Assembly (NCBI GenBank): GCA_038087875.1
Contig: CM075988.1
Coordinates: 24,926,001-24,986,000, forward strand
DNA: 60,000 nt
Source: Malacoraja senta
Lineage: Eukaryota
Direction: 5' to 3'
Shown: positions 36,759 through 47,620 of the stretch, piece by piece
How positions within the stretch are numbered: the first letter of the stretch is position 1
How the letters are laid out: each line of letters opens with the position of its first letter
Position numbers and translations under genes: made by a program
Notes under the pieces: generated by a model
The model's database searches: none
What the model was told of the DNA's origin: nothing
The model's input: only the letters and a program-made list of their open reading frames with translations

Positions 36759-37174
36759 GTCTAATCTGAGAAGGTAGTATGAACTGGATAAGTAAAGTTT
36801 ATAATTGTTCATAAGAGTTCTGTGGGCAGGGAGGAGATAGAATGGGTGGATAGAGTGCGTGACAAGATCATGTGAGCATACACAGTGGGCAGCAAGTAGA
36901 GCATTTAAAAAGTAGAGTGCGCAGGGTCAGTGGGAGGGGAAGACACAATTAGGTAGAGTTCACGATAGGTAGAGTGTGCAGGGGCTGTATGGGGGTTGAT
37001 TAAATGGATGTTTATAATCCATGATAAACTATATATATATGAACTCCGGGAGGAGTAATTTGGATGGAAAAAAAACATTAGTTGCAAGTATTTGATATTT
37101 TGCTAAATAATAACTAAAATTTTAAAAAATGGACATAATATGTTAGATAGAACTCCAAACTCATGTTTGAATTT

Positions 37175-37378
37175 TGTTTAGGAAAGAACTGCCGATGCTG
37201 GTTGTAACCGGAGTTAGACACCAAAAGCTGGAGTGACTCAGCGGGTCAGACAGCATCTCTGTAGAAAAGGAATAGGTGACGTCTGAAGAAGGGTCTGGAC
37301 CCAAAACGTCACCCATTCCTTTTCTCCAGAGATGCTGCCTGACCCGCTGAGTCACTCCAGCTTTTGGTGTCTATCTTC
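37175..37378. mobile_element. Inverted dimer pLTR element
   Basis: TSD tcatgtttgaa at 37161-37171 and 37377-37387. Confidence 0.88.
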
Positions 37379-37827
37379 ATGTTTGAACTTTATTGGTTGT
37401 CTTTACAAATTTCCGATTCTCCTTGGAGATGATGATGAATAAATTGGGTTACAAGAACTCCCAGATTTTCGGTTTCATTGGAAGTAAGTCATTCACTGTC
37501 ACCATTGTTGACTCCAATTTCAACTCTTACATTTTAGCGGATATTTGTAGATAATTTTCTCTGGCCATCGAACCGGATTAACTTCAGAAAGTTGTAAAAA
37601 GCCAGCCAAATTCTCAGATTTACTGATTCTGTTGTTTGCGGATAAAGGGAGTGGACTGAAGTGTTGACCAGATTATTTCATGTGACATTTTTCTGGCATG
37701 CTGAGCATGTATAATATGGTTTAAGATCCCTTGGAGGGAATTTTTCCCTTTCAGTTCTTTGGAACGCAGCCAAGATGTAGGCTGAGGGGAAAGGTGATTC
37801 TCTGGGAAATGATTTAACTCGGTTACA

Positions 37828-38620
37828 TTTAGTTTAGTTCAGAGATACAGCGTGGCCACCAAGTCCGCACCGACCAGTGATCCCCGCACATTAACTCTAT
37901 TCTACACACGCTAGGGAGAATTTTTACATTTTACACCAAGCCAATTAACCTGTAAACCTGTACATCTTTGGAGTGTGAGAGGAGACCGAAGATCTCGGAG
38001 AAAACCTACGCAGGTCATGGGGAGAATGTACAGACAAGCACCTTCAGTGAGGATCGAACCCGGGTCTCTGGCGCTGTAAACATGGAAACATAGACAATAG
38101 GTGCAGGAGTAGGGCATTCGGCCCTTTGAGCCTGCACCGCCATGCAGGCTCAAACTCAGTATCCTGTACCAACTCAGTATCCAACTCAGTATCCTGTACC
38201 TGCTTTCTCTCCATACTCCCTGATCCCTTTAGCCACGAGGGCCACATCTAACTCCCTCTTAAATATAGCCAATGAACTGGCCTCAACTACCTTCTGTGGC
38301 AGAGAGTTCCAGAGATTCACCACTCTCTGTGTGCAAAATGTTTTTCTCATCTCGGTCCTAAAAGATTTCCCTTTATCCTTAAACTGTGACCCCTTGTCCT
38401 GGACTTCCACAAAATCGGGAACAATCTTCCTGCATCTAGCCTGTCCAACCACATAAGAATTTTGTACGTTTCTATAAGATCCCCCCTCAATCTTCTATAT
38501 TCTAGCGAGTACAAGCCGAGTCTATCCAGTCCTTTCTTCATATGAAAGTCCTGCCATCCCCAGGAATCAGTCTGGTGAACCTGTAAGGCAGTAGCTCTAT
38601 TGCAATGCTGCTACTGTGCC
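37828..38620 (-). mobile_element. HE1 SINE with nested CR1 fragment (38080-38580)
   Basis: Intact B-box ggatcgaacc ~38051; CR1 flanked by ctgtaa at 38074-38079 and 38581-38586; LDRLGLYSLEYRRLRGDLIETYKIL. Confidence 0.88.
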
Positions 38621-38745
38621 TAAAAATATCAGCTCATCTGAAAACTATGCTGTCTATTTATAACTGTGTGGAACTATCTGAGGCCAGGCAGGGATAGAGT
38701 AGGTGTGCTTTATTTGGCAGCCTGAGATAGAAATAGGGATAAATA

Positions 38746-38950
38746 GTGGGTCAGACAGCATCTCTAGATAGAAGGAATGGGTGACATTTCAGGTTGAGAC
38801 CCTTCTTCAGACTTAGGTCTCTCAGAAGGGTCTCGACCCGAAACGTCACCCATTCCTTCTCTCCAGAGATGCTGCCTGTCCCGTCGAGTTACTCCAGCGT
38901 TTTGTGTCTATCTTCAGTGTAAACCAGGATCTGCAGTTCCTTCCTGCACA
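38746..38950. mobile_element. Inverted pLTR element
   Basis: Partial minus arm plus full plus arm. Confidence 0.8.
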
Positions 38951-39679
38951 TAGGAACTGGTCCTCGAGGTGCTCTGCTGATAACTCAATGGAGGTTAGAG
39001 GGAGATAATGTGAATTCTGCTTGTCCATCCCATGAATCTCCCACAACTTCAAACAGTCAATGTCGAGGGCTGGAAAGCTTGTATAATGCAGAAGAGGGCA
39101 GTTAGCATTTGTGAAACCTTCATTGGGTGGGAGGAGGAATTCCGTGCAGAAAAATTGCAAAGGGGATAACTACAATCTTTGCAATGTAGCAGACAATATT
39201 ATTCTATTGAAGAAAGGACCTGTCTTTTAAGTAATGATATTGGATAGCCCAAATTGACAATAAGCACATTAAAAAACAAACAAGTATTCAATGTTGTAAT
39301 TTTGAAAGTATGGAAGCCAATTTGTACACAGCGACTGGTCACAAACAATCACGATGTATGTTGACAGGATCAGCTCTTTTAGTGATGTTGGTTATGGGCC
39401 AAATATCAGCCAGGGCGGCAGGGAGAGCACCTCTGTTATCCTTCAACATAACGCCATGGGATCTTTTACAATCCCCTGAGAGGACAGGCAGTATGTTTGG
39501 CTGAGGTAAGGTCTGAAAGACGATATGTCTGAGGACAGCACTCACACTGTGCTATACTGGGAATATCAGGCTATTATTTTGTGCTAAGACTCTGGAACCT
39601 ATGTCCCTCTGGCTTTACTGTGCACTTAGTCACAGCTGTCATTGACATGATCTCTTAAACCCAGCCTCCGTCCTCTCTG

Positions 39680-39844
39680 GCCCTCTCTCTCTTTCCCTTT
39701 CCCTCTCCATCTCTTTCTCTCTCCCTCGCAATCTTTCTCTCTTTCTCTTTCTTTCCCCCCTTTCCTCTTTCCCTCTTTCCCTCTTTCCTCTTTCCCTCTT
39801 TCCCTCTTCCCTCCTCTTCTCCTTCTCTCTCTTCTCTCTCCTCT
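39680..39844. repeat. CT-rich low-complexity tract
   Basis: Near-pure pyrimidine repeats running into the gap. Confidence 0.9.
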
Positions 39845-40044
39845 NNNNNNNNNNNNNNNNNNNNNNNNNNNNNNNNNNNNNNNNNNNNNNNNNNNNNNNN
39901 NNNNNNNNNNNNNNNNNNNNNNNNNNNNNNNNNNNNNNNNNNNNNNNNNNNNNNNNNNNNNNNNNNNNNNNNNNNNNNNNNNNNNNNNNNNNNNNNNNNN
40001 NNNNNNNNNNNNNNNNNNNNNNNNNNNNNNNNNNNNNNNNNNNN
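39845..40044. other. Assembly gap (200 N)
   Basis: Run of N; a round size suggests a scaffolding placeholder. Confidence 0.99.
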
Positions 40045-43000
40045 CAGTGAGATTCTTTGCTGCATTCCCAATGTATACAAATAGCGGTCACCTACAAAGC
40101 ACGCCGGCTCCCTCTTTTGTCCCCCCCCCCTCCCCCCCAGTTGCCCCACGCCAGGTCCCCATTGTCCTTTGTCATCCCCCCCCATTGTCCTTTGTCATCC
40201 CCCCCACCTCCCTCCCGGCGCCCCCCCCCCCCAACAACGGGTCCTCCATTGTTCTTCCCTTCCCCCCGCACGGCGGTCCTCCACGCTCTCATCGACCGTC
40301 GACCGCGGGTCGACCCGACTACATGAGAAAGGCACAATTTAACGCGGTACATGAAAGCTGGCACAAATGTTGCACCCCCAATGAATTGCAGATTGTTAGG
40401 ATCGAGTTTGAGCTCCAGGCTCTTGATAAGGCTGAAAGCCATGACTTCCAGTCATGGAAGTGCAGGTACTACCATTGAGCCACAGCTGTGTCCTCTGGAG
40501 GAATATTGATTGGGTGATGCACTGCAAGGGTTGCTGTTTTGTGCGGAGCTCTACGCCAGCAAGTGATGGTGTTTTCAGGTATATGAAGAAGAAAAGAGAA
40601 ACAGACAAAACTCTCAATCCAGCGTTGTTCACTGACGTTCCTCGCCATTGACTCCTTTCATTAACTTCACTCATGCATATTTGCTGGAACCACGACAGGA
40701 CCATGTGATTAGGTCACCTAGACTCTTGAGTCTGTTCCACCATTCAATTAGTGCTGGGCTTTTATCTATAATCTGCACACCCACAAATGTAATCATATCA
40801 AAGGCTCTAAAAAAAAATAATCTCTGAAGGTAAATGTGTCAATGCGGCAAACTTTCTCCGATTTGGCCCAAGCATTTGGGAGCCAGTGACTCCGTATCAA
40901 GGACTTACGATGGAGGAGACTTAAGATGCATCTGCCTTTTTTTCCTCGGCTGCTCTCCACAGTAAGTGCTCAATCAACACAATAGATCATTTCCATCCTC
41001 TGCCCTGACAGTGGTATTAAATGAGTTGGGAGATTGATTGACCAAGTCGATGTCTTTCAGGAATGTTCAGGAGAAACAAAACCTGTTTAATTGTCTCGCT
41101 CATTCCTCAAGGTTACCAAGAGGGAGGCAAAAATCTGTAAACAGCTGAAAGGATGATGAGATAGCAGACCATATATCTGGGTGGCAAAGATCTTTCTTCA
41201 GAAAATTCCTTTTGGCATTATGGGATGGCCTCTGTGACAGGCTATTGAAATTCATTGTTTGTGTCTGACCTGCTCAGCCTTCTGTCTCTGTAATGAATGA
41301 GAAGCATGAAGACAGCAAGTGCTTTCGGGTTAGGCTCCAGCATAAATCATGCATTTTCCCTTCGTGCACTAAATGAATATCTAAAAAACACTCTGAGCAT
41401 TTTAACTTAAAGATGGATTATGTATTCATAGGTACTGGAGTCACAAGCTCATTTCTAAAAAAAAATCTAAATTTGCATGAAGAAATGTTTTCACGCCACG
41501 CACTTTACCATCCACACGACTCAGTGCCGCTTACATTAAAAACTGGCTAGAATCTGCAGCAAGGGTTGTTTTAAATGAATTAAAAATGGCCTAAAATGAA
41601 TTCTCTTTCTTTAGTTCGTAAATATGATGAAGAACAAATAGACATGTGTTTCTAGGAGACTTCTCGTGACTTCAGGAAATCCCTGAGTGACTCCTAACCA
41701 ATGACATTTTTTGAAGAATGATCGCCGTGATATAGGGGCGAACATTATAACCGTTGTGTGTGCAGCAAGATCTCCTAAACAGCACCGAGATAATGATTAG
41801 AATAATCTGGTTTAGATTTCAACTGCTTCATTTTGCAAGGTACTTCATCAGTGCATTAACAAGTGAAATTATTCCGCACCGTATGAGACACTAGGGTAGA
41901 TGACTGTAAGCTTAGTCAAACAGGAATATTTTAAGGTAGGGGGGAGAATGGTGTGGTGATTTGGGGAGAGAGGTACGTTTTCAAGAGCTTGCAGCTGAGA
42001 TACCTGAAGAGTCAGCCAGGAATGCTGATGATTGAAATCTGAGATGGAAAAGAGGCCAAACTGAGATGAGGGCAGAATCACAGGGGTGGGGGCTTGTGGA
42101 GCTGGGGGATATTACAGTAAGCATTGCCAATGAGTCTAAACTGAGGTCTCCAAACTGTACCTCAGGTTGCTGAAGGATTCATTGTCTGACATCCTTATTT
42201 AACACCCATTTGTCAAAAGTTCAGGAAATTTATGTTTGTGTTCAAACCAAATAGACTTTGTTCTGTTGTTTCAGTTTGATGCTGGTTGGCCAACAGACGG
42301 AGGTGAAGAATTGGAGGAAATCAGATTTTGCTTGTGTACAGAGATATAAATATTGCTGGTGACCTTTAACATGCTCCTCACATGGGCCGAGCAAATACAA
42401 AAACGACTATGGCGTGTGGTGGAGAGAGTGAGGCAGTGGGCCAGAGATAGTTGGGTAAGAGAGAGAGTATGTGTGACAGGGAGAGGGAGACAGAGGGAGG
42501 GAGAGAGAGAGGAAGGGACAGAAGGAGGGAGGGGGAGGGAGAGGGAGGGAGACAGGGGGAGAGAAAGAAATGAAATAGACTGCATCATTGTATATGAAGT
42601 ACGAGACTGCCTGCAAGAATATAAGAATGTCTGTAAGTATTGTATGTCAATGTGTACATGAGATAACATGAGTTTGTGTATGAAATGGAGAAATACAATG
42701 TGTGAGTGTGTGAATGTGAAGGGAGGGTGTGTGCGTGTGGTAATGTGTTTATATAAAATGATCTGTGTTTCAGGTTGTACATAGCTGTGAGAGTGTATGC
42801 TGAAGTGTGAAAGATTGTGAATATTAGTGTGAGTGTGAGCTTGAGAACTGAAAATGGGAATCGGAAAAGATGTGAGTGCATGCAGGAGAGAGTGGGTTCG
42901 AGAGTTTGAGTGCGGAAGAGAAAGTAAAGGGTTGGTGTGTATGAGTGAGAAAACATGAATGTGCAACGGAGGAGGCGGGAAAGCAATGAGGCGAAGATGA

Positions 43001-43469
43001 AACAAACAGAAAATGCTGGAAAGTCAGTAAGTCAGGCAGCGTCCGTGGAAGGAGAAACAGGTCACATTCCAGGTTGGGGATTCTTTGTTGGATCTGGGAA
43101 AGAGAGAAATACAAGTTAGTTTTCAGCAGGAGAGAAGATGAGGGGGGAGGTTACAGATGTGTCAAAGAAAGATCTTTCAACCAGACTTTTAGATTTTCTA
43201 TGGAGTGAGAAAGAGTTAGTCAGAGTGTGAGGGAGGGGCACTCCCATGGCAGAGGGGATGGGTGTGTGTTTGTCCACACAGTGGGGGGGGGGGGGTCAGG
43301 GTGCACCTGTGATGAACTAGGTGGTTGCCAGACCACTTGGTCCACGGTTAGTTGTGCGTGGGATTGCCATCAGGAGCAGGATGTGAATGATATGGCCTCT
43401 GGAGGCTTCCCACTCTTTTGTGTTAATGTTACAGCGCAGAAAATTAGAGGCATGATATTGGCTGGTTGA

Positions 43470-44260
43470 CAAGGGGTGGGGGGAAGGGGGAGGGGGGCTG
43501 GGAGCCGGCCGCAGACGCAACGTTGGAGAGCCTATAAGTGTTTGCTTACGGCTAAAGGATTAGACCTGCTAAACACCAGAGGCAGACAGTTAGGGTCCCA
43601 GAGCGTTGCGATCCTTGTCTGAGGCTGTTCTTGATGTTGTCCCTCGCCCAGTGAGAACAGCTTTTCACTTTCGCATTTTAGCAGCGATTCATATGCAAAT
43701 ACGGGGTCAGGAGATGAGACGGTTCTCACATAAACTTGATTCTCCGGATGAATGCAGCGCCTGTTAGCCTTTGTCCACTGGAGAGAGGGAGAGGGGCAGA
43801 AGCCGAGAGACTCGCCCAGCAAGAAAATTACGAGAATCATCTGAGGCTAGAGTGCAGCGAGGAGTTGGACCAGATGGTCTGGTCGGAACGGTTTCCCCTT
43901 CGGCAGTCGAGCACTAAAGTCTTTTTTTTATTTTTATTTTCCACGCGTTTGTCAAAATATTTGAGGAAAAGAGACTGGTTGAACCAGATTTTAAAGATTC
44001 GTATTCTTTCCGTGCTGTTAGCAGGAGCGGCGTGGCGTGTCACCCCCCCACCCCGACCTACCTCCAATCTCACAGGATCGGCAGGATGATAAATCTGCCG
44101 CCTGGAGCGCATTCCTGTCGGGACAACGACCTTAATTCCTCTCTTGCATGCTTGACCCTCGGTGTTCCGCAGCGATGCGGGTGTGAGCTGCGGCAGTTCA
44201 GCCCAGCTCCATCCTCCTGAAGGCAAAATCATTGCAGGTCACTGAGGATGCAGCCAGCGT
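43470..44260. promoter_or_regulatory. CpG-enriched promoter/enhancer-like region
   Basis: G-tract cluster 43473-43502, TATA-like cctataag ~43531, octamer ATGCAAAT ~43692, many CpGs, no TE similarity seen. Confidence 0.35.
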
Positions 44261-44897
44261 GTGTGAGCTCAGATCCCTCACTTTATTTTTCTCCAGACAT
44301 AATTATCACTCCGTTTAAAAAATATATATAAACGTGGTATTTTCCATCATGCAACATTTTTTTTTAAATGCATTGGTTGGATTGCAAGTGAATCTTTCAT
44401 TGTTCTGTCTGGGACACATGACAATGAGACACTCGTGAGGCACAGTCACAGCCCATCAAACGGAGGGCAGTGCATTGCTTGGAAATTGTGGGATTGATTT
44501 GGGGAGGAAGGGGGCAGAAAGAGAGGGAGAGACAAAGGCAGAATGTTGAGGGGTGGAGGGAGAAAAAGAAAATGAGGGGAGGGGAGAGAAGTAGAGAAAT
44601 GGCTTGGAAGGAGACGGGGGGAGAGAAGGCCAATCGTTGACCTAGCCTTTGGGAGAGCCAAAGATAAGATCAAATGGGAGAGAGCAGTGAGGGACAACAG
44701 AGAGAAATATCAGGCTTGGAAGGCGATAAAGAATAGACATGGTTAGAATAGAGCAGGAGAGAGAGAGGAAGGGAGTGAGATAATGAGGGAGGGACAGAGG
44801 AGGCTTTGTGGGCGCAGAAGCAGTGGAAGTCTGAAGGGACAGGAGAGGGTGGGGGGCGATGGAGAGAGAGGGCGGATAAATAAAGAGAAGGGGATAA

Positions 44898-45104
44898 GAC
44901 AGACACAACATGCTGGGGTGACCCAGCGGGACAGGCAGCATCTCTGGAGAGAAGGAATGGGTGACGTTTCGGGTGAAGAAGGGTCTCCCCCCAAAAGGTC
45001 GCCCATTTCCTTCTCTCCAGAGACGCTGCCTGTCCCGCTGGGTCACCCCAGCATCTTGTGTCTACCTTCGGTGTAAACCAGCATCTGCAGTTCCTTCCTA
45101 ACGC
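44898..45104. mobile_element. Inverted dimer pLTR element
   Basis: TSD aggggataa at 44889-44897 and 45105-45113. Confidence 0.88.
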
Positions 45105-45110
45105 AGGGGA

Positions 45111-45320
45111 TAATAATAATAATAATAATAATATCATTTATTGTCATTGCACATAGGTGCAACGAGATTTGGTACGCAGCTTCCATCCGATGTCATCACT
45201 TAAACAACGAATGAAATTTAGATACCCCGAGAAACATGATTTATTTTAAAAAAATATCAGTAAAACAGTCTAAAGTGCAAACATGTCTGTGCCGGGTCGA
45301 TGTGCAACGATGTGTGAAAT
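45111..45320 (-). mobile_element. Rex1-type 3' tail fragment
   Basis: (TAA)n then atcatttattgtcattgcac. Confidence 0.5.
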
Positions 45321-45561
45321 ATCGAGCAGTGTGCATTGTCATTGGCAATACCCCATTCCTATTCCCATGCAATGGGGACAAAGGATGGGTTTGGGGATGT
45401 GTTTGGAAAGAAGGTGTAGATTGCCCCGGGGTTCTCACCCACTGTGTGTCTCTGCCACATCCCTGCTATGAACAGTCCGGCCACCGAAAATACTGAGAAT
45501 GAAATTTGAACTCTGCTGCTCAATGTAAATACAGACAGGAGAGTCTGCGACAGGCATTCTG

Positions 45562-45596
<35 letters not shown>

Positions 45597-47269
45597 TGGT
45601 TCTCCAGACACATTAAAAAAAAACACTCTGATCTGGCACATTGGTCATCTGAATGGTGACCTCCCCGCGGGGGTGAGGAAGTGTGTGCTGTTCAGGGGGG
45701 GAGGGGGTGGGGTGTCTGCGGGAACGTTTCTGAGGAGAGGTTATTGATCGTCTTATCAAGGAACTTGACATTGATGTTGAGAGGGATAAAAATAAATTAC
45801 ACCCAGATGGATTTTTTTTTTTTCCTTTTGCTTTGCGTTGCCTGCAAGTTTCATTTTCGCGACTGTCAGACGACCCCAGGGGTGTTTGGGCGGTGGGGGG
45901 GGGGGGTGAGGTGGAGCTTCACATTAAATAAATCAGCACTTGGGGAGGGGAGGGCTGGTTTAACTTGCTCGCACCCAGCGCTCCGGTTCATGGAGCTCAG
46001 ACTGAGACGTGGGCTCTCTCTCTGTCTCTCTCTCTCTCTGCCTCTCCCCAACGTTGCAGAGTTCTTGTTTTCTTTCAAGTACGTTTCTTTGTTTAACCTC
46101 CAGCACCGCCCTCCCTCCCTCCCTCCTCCCCCAACCCAGTTCTCTTTTTTTTTCTCCTCTCTCTCTCTCTCTCTCTTTCGCCTGAATGTTTAATCTCTGG
46201 TGTCACGTTCATGGCTGGAGCTAGTCAGCGTATTTAATAAAGTACAGAAATGCAAAGCTTTTTCTTATTGCATTTCATCGATCTCATTGCGGTGCCTTTA
46301 ATTGAAGGCAGGGCCTTGATGGATGAGTTCGCTCAGCGCTGGGGAGTTCCGTGGCCACAGGGACTGGGAGAACAAGAATGATTCAAGGAGCAGAGGAGAG
46401 GGGGAAAAAGGGAGGAGGAAGGCAGAAAAGAAAGGATAAAAGAATGGATGAGGAAGGAGAGAGGGATAGTATCCTTGAAGCTAATGAAGGCTTTGTGTGG
46501 CGTGAATTTTAATGTTATTGTTTGCTTATAGTCGCTTTGCAAAGGTTTACTGCACACGGAAAATTTAGAATCAAGATTTCCGTGCGTTTGTGCATGTTTT
46601 TGTGTGTGGACATTGGTATGTTCTGTGTGGCTGCGTCTCACTGTTGTATTTCTGCATATGTGGAAATGTGCCTTTGTACTTGTGCGTATGTTTCTGTGTG
46701 TGTGTTGTGTTGTGTGTGTGTGTGTGTGGATTCTAAGCATTTGCAGCAGCAGATTTTGTACTGTGAATAGATACAGTGTAGGAAGCAACTCTTGGGGGGG
46801 GGGGGGGGTGGAAAAAGACCTTTGTTCGTTTTTGCATTAAATAATATCCAGCAGCATCGTGCCCGGTTGCAGGTAATCCACAGTTGACATAAATACTGAA
46901 AGAAACCCCCTCGATATGAAAAATGCCACACTCGGGACTTGCTTTAGTTTGGCCTGCAAGTTTTGGTGATGAGTGATATTTGTAATTTCAAACCTTGTTC
47001 GTAAATGAAGCCAAGGGGTGAAAGATTTGGGGGGCCAGCCCTTCAGCCCTAACCACACAAGGACTGCATTGAGTATTTTATATGCATGTCAATTATAAAC
47101 TAGTTTGGCTTGGGCTGTATCTTGAGCAGCACTTAAAACTTGACCACCAGCCAGCTGTTCGATTAGAATTGCTCTCAGACATATCAAAAAAATTCCGGGT
47201 GTAACCCTGTGATTATCTTTGCTCTATTGACAGGGGAGCTTACAGGCATCACTGATTCAATCTGCCTAA

Positions 47270-47620
47270 CTCATGCTCTTTCTATATTTCCCTCATTCCC
47301 CCATCCCCTCCATTCCCTTTCCTTCTCCCCTACTCCCCTAGTTTTCCCTTCTCCAGGATTGTCTCTTCCCCTCCATACTTCCACTTCCCACCCCTTCCCC
47401 GTTCCTCCCCCCCCACCCTGATCTCCAATCCCCACTATATTCCCTCACATTAACCCCCATCACCTCACCCCGTCCAAGTGTCTTCCCTAGGCATTCTGTG
47501 TCCCCCTCACATTTGTCTCCCTCATTCTCTCACTCCTATCCCACTTCATCTCCCCACCCACATTTTCTCTCCCTATCGTCACCTCCGTTCCTCATCCCCA
47601 TTCCATCTCCTCTCCTGCCT
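47270..47620. repeat. Pyrimidine-rich low-complexity tract
   Basis: C/T-skewed; purine-skewed counterparts at 13550-13940, 42470-42570, 44490-44890 and 48970-49075. Confidence 0.8.

Noticed and set aside
39639..40478. ORFs spanning or adjoining the N gap
   Set aside because: Artefacts of the gap and low-complexity sequence
42271..43114. Longest ORF (244 aa) and overlapping ORFs
   Set aside because: Low-complexity GA/GT-rich DNA giving H/T/S/L-rich text with no domain
45681..46193. 170-aa ORF
   Set aside because: Crosses G-runs and (CT)n tracts, non-ATG start, no homology recognised
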